Counted from the first letter of the stretch, positions 11,090-21,531 are shown. The stretch: DNA of 64,000 nt from Minisyncoccota bacterium (GCA_041663145.1 JBAZRG010000001.1:254984-318983), one strand, 5' to 3'. Notes: generated by a model not told the origin, from the letters alone. A program made the numbers and translations.

Positions 11090-12064
11090 TTATTCTTCAT
11101 CGTTCCCTGCCTTTCCAGTCTTCTCATACTCGTGCAAGGCTTCGATGATCGGCGTTAATTTTCCAGACATGATGATTGGAAGATTGTGCCATGATTGCTT
11201 GATCCTATGATCGGTAATACGGTCTTGGGGATAATTGTACGTGCGTATTTTCTCTGATCTATCACCAGTACCGATCTGACCTTTGCGATTCGAAGCAAAT
11301 TTCTTGGCTTCCTCCTCCTCTTTGCGGGCCGCCAATTTCGCGACCAAAATCTCCATTGCCCTTTCGCGATTGGCTGATTGACTACGCTGAACTGTCGAGC
11401 GCACATCTAGACCGGTCGGTATATGAATGATTCTAACGGCAGATTCGACTTTGTTCACATTCTGACCACCCTTTCCACCCGATCTAGAAAATTCCATTTC
11501 AAATTCGGCTGGATTGATCTCAAAAGCCACTTTCTTTCTGATTGGCATAATGGCTATCGAAGCCGTTGAGGTATGTATACGGCCTGACTTTTCCGTCTCT
11601 GGTACACGTTGAACACGATGCACACCTGTCTCCCAGCGAAGATCGTCATAAACACCAACACCCTTGATCTCAAGTGAAGCGTCTTTGTAACCGCCAATAT
11701 CATTTCTCGATGATTCGGTTATTTTTGCTGACCAGCCTTTCGATTCGGCATATGCCTTGTACATCTCCAACAGCTCAGCCGCGAACAAAGCGGCTTCATC
11801 GCCACCGGCTCCGGCTCGAACTTCCAAAATTATTTCTTTGGGATTTTCTATCTCTTCTTTCTCACCTTCAACGATGGCTGATATTTGTTCTTCCAAATTT
11901 TTCTTTTGCTCCAAAATAGAGACAAGATCACTTTCTACCAACTCCTTTAGTGAAGGATCCTTTTCCAACATAGCACGAACTTCATTCTCGTCCTTAACGA
12001 GCTTTTCATACAAACCGACTAGAAAAGCGGTTTTCGGGTTTGATTTATGGAGTTCAATATTCAT
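11090..12064 (-). CDS. prfA: Peptide chain release factor 1
   Basis: GVHRVQRVPETE (PxT motif), GGQ, RSEKIRTYNYPQ. Confidence 0.95.
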   Translation of the reverse strand: MNIELHKSNPKTAFLVGLYEKLVKDENEVRAMLEKDPSLKELVESDLVSILEQKKNLEEQISAIVEGEKEEIENPKEIILEVRAGAGGDEAALFAAELLEMYKAYAESKGWSAKITESSRNDIGGYKDASLEIKGVGVYDDLRWETGVHRVQRVPETEKSGRIHTSTASIAIMPIRKKVAFEINPAEFEMEFSRSGGKGGQNVNKVESAVRIIHIPTGLDVRSTVQRSQSANRERAMEILVAKLAARKEEEEAKKFASNRKGQIGTGDRSEKIRTYNYPQDRITDHRIKQSWHNLPIIMSGKLTPIIEALHEYEKTGKAGNDEE

Positions 12065-12319
12065 CTACTTCTTTGCTTTTGACTGTCTAGTTTTGAATTT
12101 CTCAACACGTCCGGCTGTGTCGATCGTCTTGTCCTGTTTTGTGTAGAAAGGATGAGAAGCACTGGAGATTTCGATGCGATGAATAGGATATTCTTTGCCG
12201 TCAGTCCACTTTTCTGTGCCTTTGGTCACGATAGTCGAAGGTATCATAAATTTTACACCGCTAGAGTTATCTGCGAATATGACTGGCCTATAGTTTTCCG
12301 GATGAATCTTTTTCTTCAT
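12065..12319 (-). CDS. rpmE: 50S ribosomal protein L31, type B (Zn-independent)
   Basis: IHPENY, EISSASHPFYT, AGRVEKF; no Cys. Confidence 0.95.
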   Translation of the reverse strand: MKKKIHPENYRPVIFADNSSGVKFMIPSTIVTKGTEKWTDGKEYPIHRIEISSASHPFYTKQDKTIDTAGRVEKFKTRQSKAKK

Positions 12320-12382
12320 AATGTTAACAAATTACCATATTCTGCAGTACTTTTGCAAGTCTGTTATAATATAGGGACGAAT

Positions 12383-13561
12383 ATGCACATTACATCTACA
12401 AGAGTTTCCCGCTCTCATATTATTTACACCATAGCAGCAATCGGTTTTATATACGTTCTACATTCAGCTATTCCTATATATTCGAACTCTAGTTTCCTAC
12501 AATTATTCGCTAATGAGTGGACTGTCGGCCTCATATATATGGTCGGCTCGGCTTTTTCGATTTTAGGTTTTATCATCGCGCCAACTATGATTCGCCGTTT
12601 TGGCAATTACAAAACCGCCATATTTCTAGTCTGTCTACAGATATTCCTAATGTACGGACTTATAAGTTCGATCAGTCCGTATGCTATTGCTTTATTCTTT
12701 GCTTTACAGATGGCAGTCATTTCACTTATTGGATTGACTATAGACATATTCCTTGAAGTTTACACTGACGCTTCATCTGTAGGAGCTGTCCGAGGATTCC
12801 ATACTGCTGTCCTAAATGCATCATGGGTCTTGGCTCCACTTATCGGCTCTCTCTTGCTAAACGGCACCAACAATTATCACAGTACCTATGTTGCCGCTTT
12901 GGCCATGCTCTTCCCTTTGCTCTATCTTATTTATCGAAATTTCCCGAGGTTCAAAGACCCAAACTATACACATCTCTCGCCTTGGCAATTAATAAAACAT
13001 ATTTCTTCAAACACAGATTGGACTAAACTATTTGCAGCCAACGTAATTCTCCAAACATTCTATTCTTGGATGGTCATATACAGTCCGATATATCTAAATA
13101 AGACTATCGGCTTTGGTTGGGCGGAAATCGGTATTATATTCGTGGTCATGCTCATACCTTTCCCACTCATCCAATATCCACTTGGACTCTTGGCTGATCG
13201 AAAATACGGCGAAAAAGAAATGCTAGCAATCGGTTTTGCTATTATGGGTATAACAACGATGTTTTTGTCCTTGGTCACAGTGAGTTCCGTCGTTCTGTGG
13301 GCATCTCTACTCCTGCTCACTAGGATCGGTGCGGCATCGGCCGAGATAATGATGGAAGTTTACTTTTTCAAAACTGTTCCAACCCGAGATTCGTCTGTCT
13401 TGGGTTCGTTCCGCATCACTCGACCAGTTTCGTATTTTCTAGCACCTTTGATCATGATGATCGGTCTTCTATTCACAACTGATCAATACATGTTCGTGGT
13501 TATTGGAGCAATGTGTCTAGTCGGACTGATCCCGGCACTTACGATAAAGGATACGAGATGA
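12383..13561 (+). CDS. MFS transporter
   Basis: About 12 TM helices; motif A-like GLLADRKYGEK; start placed after TGTTATAAT. Confidence 0.85.
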   Translation: MHITSTRVSRSHIIYTIAAIGFIYVLHSAIPIYSNSSFLQLFANEWTVGLIYMVGSAFSILGFIIAPTMIRRFGNYKTAIFLVCLQIFLMYGLISSISPYAIALFFALQMAVISLIGLTIDIFLEVYTDASSVGAVRGFHTAVLNASWVLAPLIGSLLLNGTNNYHSTYVAALAMLFPLLYLIYRNFPRFKDPNYTHLSPWQLIKHISSNTDWTKLFAANVILQTFYSWMVIYSPIYLNKTIGFGWAEIGIIFVVMLIPFPLIQYPLGLLADRKYGEKEMLAIGFAIMGITTMFLSLVTVSSVVLWASLLLLTRIGAASAEIMMEVYFFKTVPTRDSSVLGSFRITRPVSYFLAPLIMMIGLLFTTDQYMFVVIGAMCLVGLIPALTIKDTR

Positions 13562-13569
13562 GAGTATCG

Positions 13570-13740
13570 TAACCCCCCCCCACCACACCTTAATTTGTTT
13601 TCCTCGAACTCTACTCACAATATACCAACATTTTCACAAAGGACTCTCTACAGGGATTCGCGAGTCCTTTGGAAAATGTGTTGGTATATTGTTTCGCAGA
13701 TTATTCTCGGAATACAAATTAAGATGTGGTGGGGGGGTTA
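13570..13740. repeat. ~170-bp imperfect palindrome, MITE-like (family C)
   Basis: taacccccc-caccaca...tgtggtg-gggggtta termini; self-complementary throughout; partial copy at 57712-57757. Confidence 0.8.
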
Positions 13741-13795
13741 ATTCACATTCAATAGAAACAAACCTCATGCTATAATAATCGCTATTAAATCATAA

Positions 13796-15094
<1,299 letters not shown>

Positions 15095-15159
15095 ATCACA
15101 ATCCACAACTTATACCGAGTTATGAACAGTTTATCCAGAGAATTATCCAGAATTTTTGT

Positions 15160-15187
15160 TTGACTTTTTATCTCACTCGACTAAACT
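15160..15187 (+). promoter_or_regulatory. sigma70-type promoter for the candidate ncRNA
   Basis: TTGACT-N16-TAAACT; DnaA-box-like 9-mers upstream. Confidence 0.6.
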
Positions 15188-15193
15188 GACTAC

Positions 15194-15310
15194 AGGCACA
15201 CTTACAGGAGAGGATCCTAAATATCCATATAGGAGTCCACAACAATGCGACCTAGTCGCTTCAGGACACCACCTACAATTTCGCGATTACTCTCCATGTA
15301 CCGGTGGCCA
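15194..15310 (+). ncRNA. Candidate 6S-like RNA
   Basis: Bounded by promoter and terminator; no credible ORF; rod fold: tacaggagag/ctctccatgta closing stem, central bubble, tagg/ccta, gtcc/ggac and gcgac/gtcgc apical arm. Confidence 0.5.
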
Positions 15311-15315
15311 TTATG

Positions 15316-15347
15316 GCAAAACATCCCGCTTCGGCGGGATGTTTTGC
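15316..15347. terminator. Bidirectional intrinsic terminator
   Basis: gcaaaacatcccgc-ttcg-gcgggatgttttgc. Confidence 0.85.
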
Positions 15348-15697
15348 GCACGCACCAATTTGCACTAGCTCGCGTTAACCTAAAATACTCCCAATACTAC
15401 ACTGTTGGAGGAGTTTCGGGTGTTGTCGGCTGTGTTGGAGCCGTATTTGGCTGTTTTGCCATGTTATTAAAAGCGGGTTGATTAGCTCCCGCACAGTCGC
15501 GCCTAATTGCGCAACGGAGATGATTATATCATCGGGTCAATATGATCCAGCTTTGCCTCAGAAAATTGACATCTCGTCAAAACGATAGTCCAATTCTGGC
15601 TTCATTTCGTACTCCTACGGCATGATGTAATTTGTCTAAAAATTTCGACATGTCTATATGGTTCCAGTCAATAAATAACGATGGAATATTTATATAT

Positions 15698-15845
15698 AGA
15701 CCCCAACATAATGTTCCCGCCACAATCCTGCGTAATCGCTTCTCAAATTACAGCCGTGTTTGGTTCCAGGGCTTCACCAAACACGGGTAATTTTTCGAAG
15801 CTCAATCGCAACTCGGATTGTTTCGGGAACATTATGTTGGGGTCT
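15698..15845. mobile_element. MITE-like hairpin element, family B copy 1
   Basis: 22-bp TIRs agaccccaacataatgttcccg; near-identical copies at 42332 and 57772. Confidence 0.85.
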
Positions 15846-15857
15846 TACGATAACCAA

Positions 15858-16604
15858 TTACTTGACCTTACCCTGATTCTTAACTGTCTCCATCGCCTGT
15901 TCCAATACAGCCTCGTCGGCAAGATAGTGTTTTGATATAGGCTTCATATCGGCATCCAATTCATAGACCAAAGGAATACCAGTAGGAATATTTAGTCCAA
16001 CAATATCTGTATCGGACATATTATCTAGGTGTTTTACAAGAGCTCGTAGACTATTTCCCGAAGCGGCGATGATAATCTTTTTGCCACTCTTTATCTCTGG
16101 AACAATTTCATTATTCCAATACGGCAATACCCTAGTCACAACATCTTTCAGATTTTCCGAAAGTGGTATGTCTTTTTTATCCAAATCTTTATAGAGAGAG
16201 TCGTTGGCAAAGAAATATTGACTATCGGGCTTCATAGGCGGAATAGCTGTATCATATCCTCGTCTCCAAAGTTCTACTTGCTTCTCACCAAACTCCGATG
16301 CCGTCTCGGCCTTATTGAGACCAGTCAAAGCTCCATAGTGTCTCTCATTTAGTCTCCAGGATTTACGAATCTCGATTCCCTTTTCATCGAGTTCTTCTAG
16401 AACGATATCGAGTGTCCTTACCGCACGCTTCAACAATGAAGTAAAAGCCAAGTCAAAAGTAAATCCAGCCTCTCGCAAGGATCGTCCGGCTGTATGTGCC
16501 TCACTCACACCCTGTTCTGTAAGATCGACATCAACCCAACCAGTAAACCTATTCTCTTTATTCCACTGACTTTGTCCGTGGCGAATCAAAATTATTTTAT
16601 ACAT
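15858..16604 (-). CDS. gpmA: 2,3-bisphosphoglycerate-dependent phosphoglycerate mutase
   Basis: RHGQS.WN, LNERHYG, NIPTGIP; second conserved His appears as Ser (AASGNSLRAL). Confidence 0.92.
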   Translation of the reverse strand: MYKIILIRHGQSQWNKENRFTGWVDVDLTEQGVSEAHTAGRSLREAGFTFDLAFTSLLKRAVRTLDIVLEELDEKGIEIRKSWRLNERHYGALTGLNKAETASEFGEKQVELWRRGYDTAIPPMKPDSQYFFANDSLYKDLDKKDIPLSENLKDVVTRVLPYWNNEIVPEIKSGKKIIIAASGNSLRALVKHLDNMSDTDIVGLNIPTGIPLVYELDADMKPISKHYLADEAVLEQAMETVKNQGKVK

Positions 16605-16627
16605 ATAAACATATTACATATTTATTA

Positions 16628-17971
16628 TTAATTTTCCAAGCTGTAAGTACTGCAAGTACTGTTGCGAAGATCGTTGTACGAATCAGTCAATTCTCCTGAT
16701 TTGTCTTTTCGAATCAAAAACACACTTACATATCTGACTATAAGTATCGACACGGTAGCCATGAGGACACCTAGGGCCCAGCCAGCCAAAACATCTGATG
16801 CAAAATGGACATTCAAGACCAATCGAGACAAACCAATGACTATGATCGCCAAGGCGGCAATAACGGTAAGTAATTCCCTCCACAACTGTTTGTTGATTCG
16901 CGGTGAAAAGAGATAGGCAAAAACAACAAAGAAACAAGCAGCCATAGCGGCATGACCAGATGGAAAACTTGGATCACCAAGAATGATTCTCAAAGCATTG
17001 GCTGGACGGTCAATGTCAAAAAATGACTTCATGAGCCCCAAAGCTATGCCGGTAAGATCGATAGCCAAAAACATGATGACGGCACTACGCCACTTCTGAC
17101 GAAAGATAAAATACAGACCGATTATGATCCCAAGACTTCCAGTAACGATCACTCCACCTACAGTCGAAATAATATTGGCTATGTACACTATAGGAGGCCA
17201 AAATGTTTGGAGAGCAACCATCTTTAGATTGACCCAAACATCAAAACCAAGATGAAATGATGTCTCCCTAAGAACATCTATAATACCAACTAGTGATATG
17301 AGCGAAGTAATACAGAGAATAAGCGTAAAAAGTTCATATCTTCTGAATATATGAATACGGGCATTCACAAATCTATATCCCCATATTATAAGAGCTACAA
17401 AGATGATTGCCACCAATACGAGGCGCCCAACATAACCGGATATGGCATGGTATCCAGCACCAAAAATATATCCTATCAAAACCGAAGAAATCACCCACAA
17501 TAATGCGCCAATAATATTAAAAAACCAAAATTTACCAGCTGAAGTTTTGCTGGCACCAACCATGAATGGCAAAATAGGACGAGTGGCAGGCGTAAAACGT
17601 CCAATGATCATTGCCTTGCCTGTATGTTGATCTAAAATCTTTCGAGCTTTATCTAAATGCAGATCTGTAATGCCGAAATACGGACGAATCCTGTCTATAA
17701 ATGCCATTCCGTACTTTCTTCCAATAAAGTAACCGATAAAATCCCCTATCATTGCTCCGATAGAGGCCACAATGATGACCGTCCAGAAATCCAAAAGACC
17801 AATTTTGACGAAAAAACCGGCCATCATTATAAATATTTGACCAGGCACCGCCAGACCGATAATTGGGATTCCTTCGATTATGGATAATATAAAAAGTAAA
17901 AAATAACCTCCATGGGAGATGATAGTTTCTATGTTTGAGACAACGGAAACGAATAAATGGGCAAAAGGCAT
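16628..17971 (-). CDS. Bifunctional DedA/VTT plus PAP2 phosphatase membrane protein
   Basis: DedA motifs (GDFIGY.IGR, GRF.P..R) and PAP2 motifs (SFPSGH, SR..L.VH..SDV). Confidence 0.9.
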   Translation of the reverse strand: MPFAHLFVSVVSNIETIISHGGYFLLFILSIIEGIPIIGLAVPGQIFIMMAGFFVKIGLLDFWTVIIVASIGAMIGDFIGYFIGRKYGMAFIDRIRPYFGITDLHLDKARKILDQHTGKAMIIGRFTPATRPILPFMVGASKTSAGKFWFFNIIGALLWVISSVLIGYIFGAGYHAISGYVGRLVLVAIIFVALIIWGYRFVNARIHIFRRYELFTLILCITSLISLVGIIDVLRETSFHLGFDVWVNLKMVALQTFWPPIVYIANIISTVGGVIVTGSLGIIIGLYFIFRQKWRSAVIMFLAIDLTGIALGLMKSFFDIDRPANALRIILGDPSFPSGHAAMAACFFVVFAYLFSPRINKQLWRELLTVIAALAIIVIGLSRLVLNVHFASDVLAGWALGVLMATVSILIVRYVSVFLIRKDKSGELTDSYNDLRNSTCSTYSLEN

Positions 17972-18063
17972 TGCGCTATTATAGCACGGCATGATACAAT
18001 GCGAGTGATTAAACAATCACAATTTAGATTGTATGTGTTTTAATAGTAAAAAATAAAAAAATA

Positions 18064-18300
18064 ATGAAAAACGTCACTATTTATTCGACTCCAACTTGTG
18101 TCTACTGCAATATGGCCAAGACTTTCTTCAAGGCCAACGATGTCGCCTTTACCGAATACGATGTCGCAAGTGATATCACCAAGCGCAAAGAGATGATCGA
18201 CAAAACAGGTCAGATGGGTGTGCCCGTCATCGATACCGGAAGTGAGATTATCGTCGGTTTTGACGAATCAAGACTCCGAACCATTCTCGGGATTAAGTAA
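18064..18300 (+). CDS. Glutaredoxin/NrdH-like redoxin
   Basis: YSTPTCVYC, GQMGVPVI, VGFD. Confidence 0.92.
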   Translation: MKNVTIYSTPTCVYCNMAKTFFKANDVAFTEYDVASDITKRKEMIDKTGQMGVPVIDTGSEIIVGFDESRLRTILGIK

Positions 18301-18320
18301 AGTCCGCAATGATCCGTATC

Positions 18321-18348
18321 AAAAATTGCCTAATGTGGGCAATTTTTT
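18321..18348. terminator. Terminator at the left boundary of the tRNA-Gly island
   Basis: aaaaattgcc-loop-ggcaattttt. Confidence 0.7.
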
Positions 18349-18414
18349 GGTAGAAATGAAAAGAGCCCGCAAGGTGAGTCGTAAACTCTTTCCTTGCAGA
18401 CTCTTGATTGTGGC

Positions 18415-18855
18415 TTAGGTTGACGCCTCAGGTTTACTGTTCAAGAACTTTTGAACAGTTAGTCCTCGAGCTTTCGCACAATATTCAACATCCTTCGGAA
18501 ACAGAGGTTCCTCGCGCCTGTCTACAAAGGATGAACCTACCCATACCATTTTAAATTCGCCGACGACTGTATTGCAAATGTGAGTGGATGAATCACTGCC
18601 CACTCTCACTACATCAGCCTTCTCGAACGAACCGTAATACCATTTTTCTTCAAGCTGAAACTGAATTCTGGCGAAGTCCGTAATTCGATATTCAATATCG
18701 AATTCATCGTCTCCGGCAAATATTCCTGCACGTCCCGTATTCATATCCAATTGGTAGAACGAGACGCGCTTGCCAATTTGGACTTCCAACGCTCTACGAA
18801 GCATCTCCATATGGATGCAAGATACTTCAGTAAGCACAGGGAATATTTTTCTCAT
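18415..18855 (-). CDS. Hypothetical protein (cassette 3)
   Basis: ATG preceded by TAGGAG; promoter TTGACA-N18-TATAGT upstream. Confidence 0.65.
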   Translation of the reverse strand: MRKIFPVLTEVSCIHMEMLRRALEVQIGKRVSFYQLDMNTGRAGIFAGDDEFDIEYRITDFARIQFQLEEKWYYGSFEKADVVRVGSDSSTHICNTVVGEFKMVWVGSSFVDRREEPLFPKDVEYCAKARGLTVQKFLNSKPEAST

Positions 18856-18946
18856 ATTTTCTCCTAATTCAAGGTGAAGGAGATTGATTTCTCCTAGTAT
18901 CACGTTCTGTGATTCCGAAAGTACTATAGCATATGCATGAGTGGGT

Positions 18947-19030
18947 TGTCAATACTTTGACGATTCCGTCAAATATGTGCCATGGTATGGCTCTGTTAAG
19001 ACACTCTGTAAACCACGGTCGTGATTCGCC
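18947..19030 (-). repeat. Promoter-fused repeat A, copy 3
   Basis: ggcgaatcacgaccgtggtttaca...tttgacggaatcgtcaaagtaTTGACA. Confidence 0.9.
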
Positions 19031-19057
19031 TACTACCAATTATATTTACCATACGCA

Positions 19058-19090
19058 GAAAACCCACACGATTTCGTCATGTGGGTTTTG
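19058..19090 (-). terminator. Terminator of cassette 2
   Basis: aaaacccaca...tgtgggtttt. Confidence 0.65.
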
Positions 19091-19187
19091 AATGTCAGCG
19101 GCTCATTCCATGCCGAGTGGTTAAACCACCAGATTTTTAGGGCTAAGGTCACAGTACACAAAGTGCATAGTAACAAAACCCATAATG

Positions 19188-19634
19188 CTAACTTGCGAAG
19201 CGCAGAGCCGGGCTGGCGTCGGGCCAGCGGCTGATAAGATCGTGCCAGCCTTGGACGACCTTGTCATCGAGCTCGCAGAGATACGGGACTTTGAGGTCGT
19301 CATCGTGGCGACTCATCACAACTCCCTTCCAGCCGCAGACATATTTACTCTTGAAGTATTTCCGAAAAAATACGATGCCTTTCTTTTGGATTTCTTCGAG
19401 ATCGCGCAGTCCCAAACAGGTCTTGAGTATGCCGTTCTTTTTGAGGTAGACATAGAGTTGGTTACCTCCTATTCGCTTATCTTGTTTCTGTTTGTCATGG
19501 AGCCACTGCTCCGTTTTGGTAATGTCAAACTCGGCAGGACCGGTGTTTTCCAACTCCGGATGCATAACCGTCTGCACCCAAACGGGATACGACGGACGAA
19601 TCGATCGATCTACGCAAATAATGGGATCGTTCAT
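19188..19634 (-). CDS. Hypothetical protein (cassette 2), DGR-target-like C-terminus
   Basis: RBS aagaaagga; C-terminus VPYL...W..L...W....PALRFAS; 3' end rich in NNC codons. Confidence 0.7.
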   Translation of the reverse strand: MNDPIICVDRSIRPSYPVWVQTVMHPELENTGPAEFDITKTEQWLHDKQKQDKRIGGNQLYVYLKKNGILKTCLGLRDLEEIQKKGIVFFRKYFKSKYVCGWKGVVMSRHDDDLKVPYLCELDDKVVQGWHDLISRWPDASPALRFAS

Positions 19635-19768
19635 TGACTTATCCTTTCTTTGGTTTGTTTTGGTTAAATCTAGCTCTCAAAAGACAAATTTCTACCTTTT
19701 CGGAGCTAGACTTAGCCGTTCTCAATGACCTGATCTTCTGTAATAAGTATAGCATTTCTAACACTATT

Positions 19769-19849
19769 TGTCAATACTTTGACGATTTCGTCAAATACAT
19801 GCGGTATGGCTCTGTTAAGACACTCTGTAAACCACGGTCGTGATTCGCC
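19769..19849 (-). repeat. Promoter-fused repeat A, copy 2
   Basis: Same consensus; ends in TTGACA-N17-TATACT with a TG extension. Confidence 0.9.
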
Positions 19850-19871
19850 TCCTCTCCACATTCTCAATTAT

Positions 19872-20432
19872 TCAAAGTTCTGCAAGATCTCCTTTTATTA
19901 AATATTTTTCAATCTTGCTGACTTCTTCTGAGACTTTCTCTTTTCCTAACTCTGATTCCATCCAATTATTTCTATCAAAATCATACTGAGGTGACTTGTA
20001 CGGCGCAGCTTTGAGTATTATATGATTTGGTACATGCTTTTTTAATGTCATCAAAACCCTGCGAGAATGATAGTTTTTCATTATAGCCGTGATCGCATTT
20101 ACATTCTCCAAGCCAAGCTCTTTATCGATAAGGGCAAGTGAAAATAATACATTTTCGAGAGTGTTTGTTGATCTATTTTCAATGTAAATATCCTCAGATG
20201 CAATGCCTGATTTTATTGCTTCATTTGCCATTGACTCGCTTTCAACCATGCCTGAATTCTCATTAAGCCCACCACTAAAAATAATCTTTGGAACCAGTCC
20301 CCTTTTAAATATTTCTACAGCTTTCTCAACAGCACTTTTTTGCGCATTCCATGTACCAAATACCAAAGCAATATTGGCGGTAGGGTTTTCATCATCAATA
20401 AATACATATTTAGTTATTTCTTCATTTGTCAT
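19872..20432 (-). CDS. YdcF/DUF218-family protein
   Basis: IIFSGG, ESESMA, IENRSTNTLENV, YHSRR. Confidence 0.88.
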   Translation of the reverse strand: MTNEEITKYVFIDDENPTANIALVFGTWNAQKSAVEKAVEIFKRGLVPKIIFSGGLNENSGMVESESMANEAIKSGIASEDIYIENRSTNTLENVLFSLALIDKELGLENVNAITAIMKNYHSRRVLMTLKKHVPNHIILKAAPYKSPQYDFDRNNWMESELGKEKVSEEVSKIEKYLIKGDLAEL

Positions 20433-20455
20433 GATTTGAGTATAACAATATTAGA

Positions 20456-20511
20456 GTGCCCGCACTACTTCGCAATTTGTCCTTTTAGACAAATTGCGAA
20501 GTAGTGCGGGT
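20456..20511 (-). repeat. Orphan family E hairpin carrying the last bases of tRNA-Gly (att-like)
   Basis: 40-bp exact direct repeat, 20472-20511 = 21932-21971. Confidence 0.85.
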
Positions 20512-20556
20512 TGTGGTACGAAGTTGGATCCTTTTTGGCATTGAAGACTTTAGCAT

Positions 20557-20586
20557 AAAAGGAAAACCGCATCGATCGAGATGCGG
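20557..20586 (-). terminator. Terminator of cassette 1
   Basis: ccgcatc-loop-gatgcgg followed by ttttcctttt. Confidence 0.7.
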
Positions 20587-20625
20587 CTTGAAGATTTTAG
20601 CGAGTTCTTCAACTCGGTAGATAAA

Positions 20626-21246
20626 CTACTTGCGACGTTGGAAAATCCAACGGTCGTCAAACCGGGCAGACTGCTCGCTTGGACGAACAAAGGGTTGGTC
20701 ATCCTCGTGTTCGAACCTGATGAGTTCGAAAACACTCGGACGCCGAATTTTGTCGAACAAGGGCTCCATCGCAATCCGGACACACTCGTTTCGCGGCTGA
20801 TCCATGTATTGGAGACGCAATTCCAGTCCAATCTCGGCAGTGCAGAGATCAAGACCCTTCTTGGAAGCCGCCGCATAAAACTGTTGAACAGGGATTCTCT
20901 CGTTGCGGAAGTCGAGACCGACTTCAAGCGGCGAGGCCGAGACCAGTTCGACACAGGTCGGCTGCTTGCACATGGGAAACCGTTTGAGGGTAACCATGTC
21001 GAGCGCGTCCGATGTCAGGCCGCATTTGGCGAAGTTAAGGGCCGCGAGCAGTTCGCCAATGGTCTGAAATCTGCCAATCTTGACGTGGCGTCCAATACGG
21101 TCCCACAAGGACCATGCGGGTGCCGGAAAGCTATCTGTTACAAAAGCTTTTCCGGAAAGGAGTTTCTCAACTCCTTCGAGGCCGCCGATCATATTGATGA
21201 CCGCTTCCATGCAACCCCAATCCATTTTACCGTATTTCATCTGCAT
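20626..21246 (-). CDS. Hypothetical protein (cassette 1), DGR-target-like family
   Basis: GLDLCTAEIGLELRLQYMDQP...IAMEP...RWIFQRRK; RBS aagaaagga. Confidence 0.7.
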   Translation of the reverse strand: MQMKYGKMDWGCMEAVINMIGGLEGVEKLLSGKAFVTDSFPAPAWSLWDRIGRHVKIGRFQTIGELLAALNFAKCGLTSDALDMVTLKRFPMCKQPTCVELVSASPLEVGLDFRNERIPVQQFYAAASKKGLDLCTAEIGLELRLQYMDQPRNECVRIAMEPLFDKIRRPSVFELIRFEHEDDQPFVRPSEQSARFDDRWIFQRRK

Positions 21247-21429
21247 CCTTTCTTCACCTGATAGGTGACGAAATTCGTGCTGCCCGCACGTTGAGGGTGC
21301 CAGAGGACTAACACGTCAGTGTGTTTCGTCATAGCAGAGAATGGCCCAAACGAGCCGCTTTCTGCTATGACGAATGTAAGTAATTTCAATGACCTATACT
21401 GCTACAAGTATAGCATTTTTAACACTACT

Positions 21430-21513
21430 TGTCAATTCTTTGACGATTTCGTCAAATGTGTGTCGCCATAGGGCTCTGTTAAGCCACCTTGTAAACCACG
21501 GTCGTTATTCGCC
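21430..21513 (-). repeat. Promoter-fused repeat A, copy 1
   Basis: ggcgaataacgaccgtggtttaca...tttgacgaaatcgtcaaagaaTTGACA-N17-TATACT. Confidence 0.9.
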
Positions 21514-21531
21514 CCCACTCGACTATCTTTG

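Noticed and set aside
15397-15651. 85-codon minus-strand frame with two in-frame TGA codons (possible recoding)
   Set aside because: TGA terminates pheT, lepA, murJ and other genes here. There is no recognisable homology, so chance or a pseudogene is more likely.
18310-18318. tgatccgta as the partner of the IS3-like ends
   Set aside because: Only a 9-bp match more than 21 kb away, which is expected by chance.
19185-21261. Long plus-strand ORFs (19185-19637, 20581-21261)
   Set aside because: Antisense shadows of minus-strand genes that have their own promoters, RBSs and terminators.
18947-21513. Repeat A as a CRISPR array or a conserved peptide (AN.DRGLQ..LTEPY...LT.SSK)
   Set aside because: The repeats are ~82 bp with gene-sized spacers and there are no cas genes. 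The peptide frame lacks a consistent start, and one copy is directly preceded by a stop.
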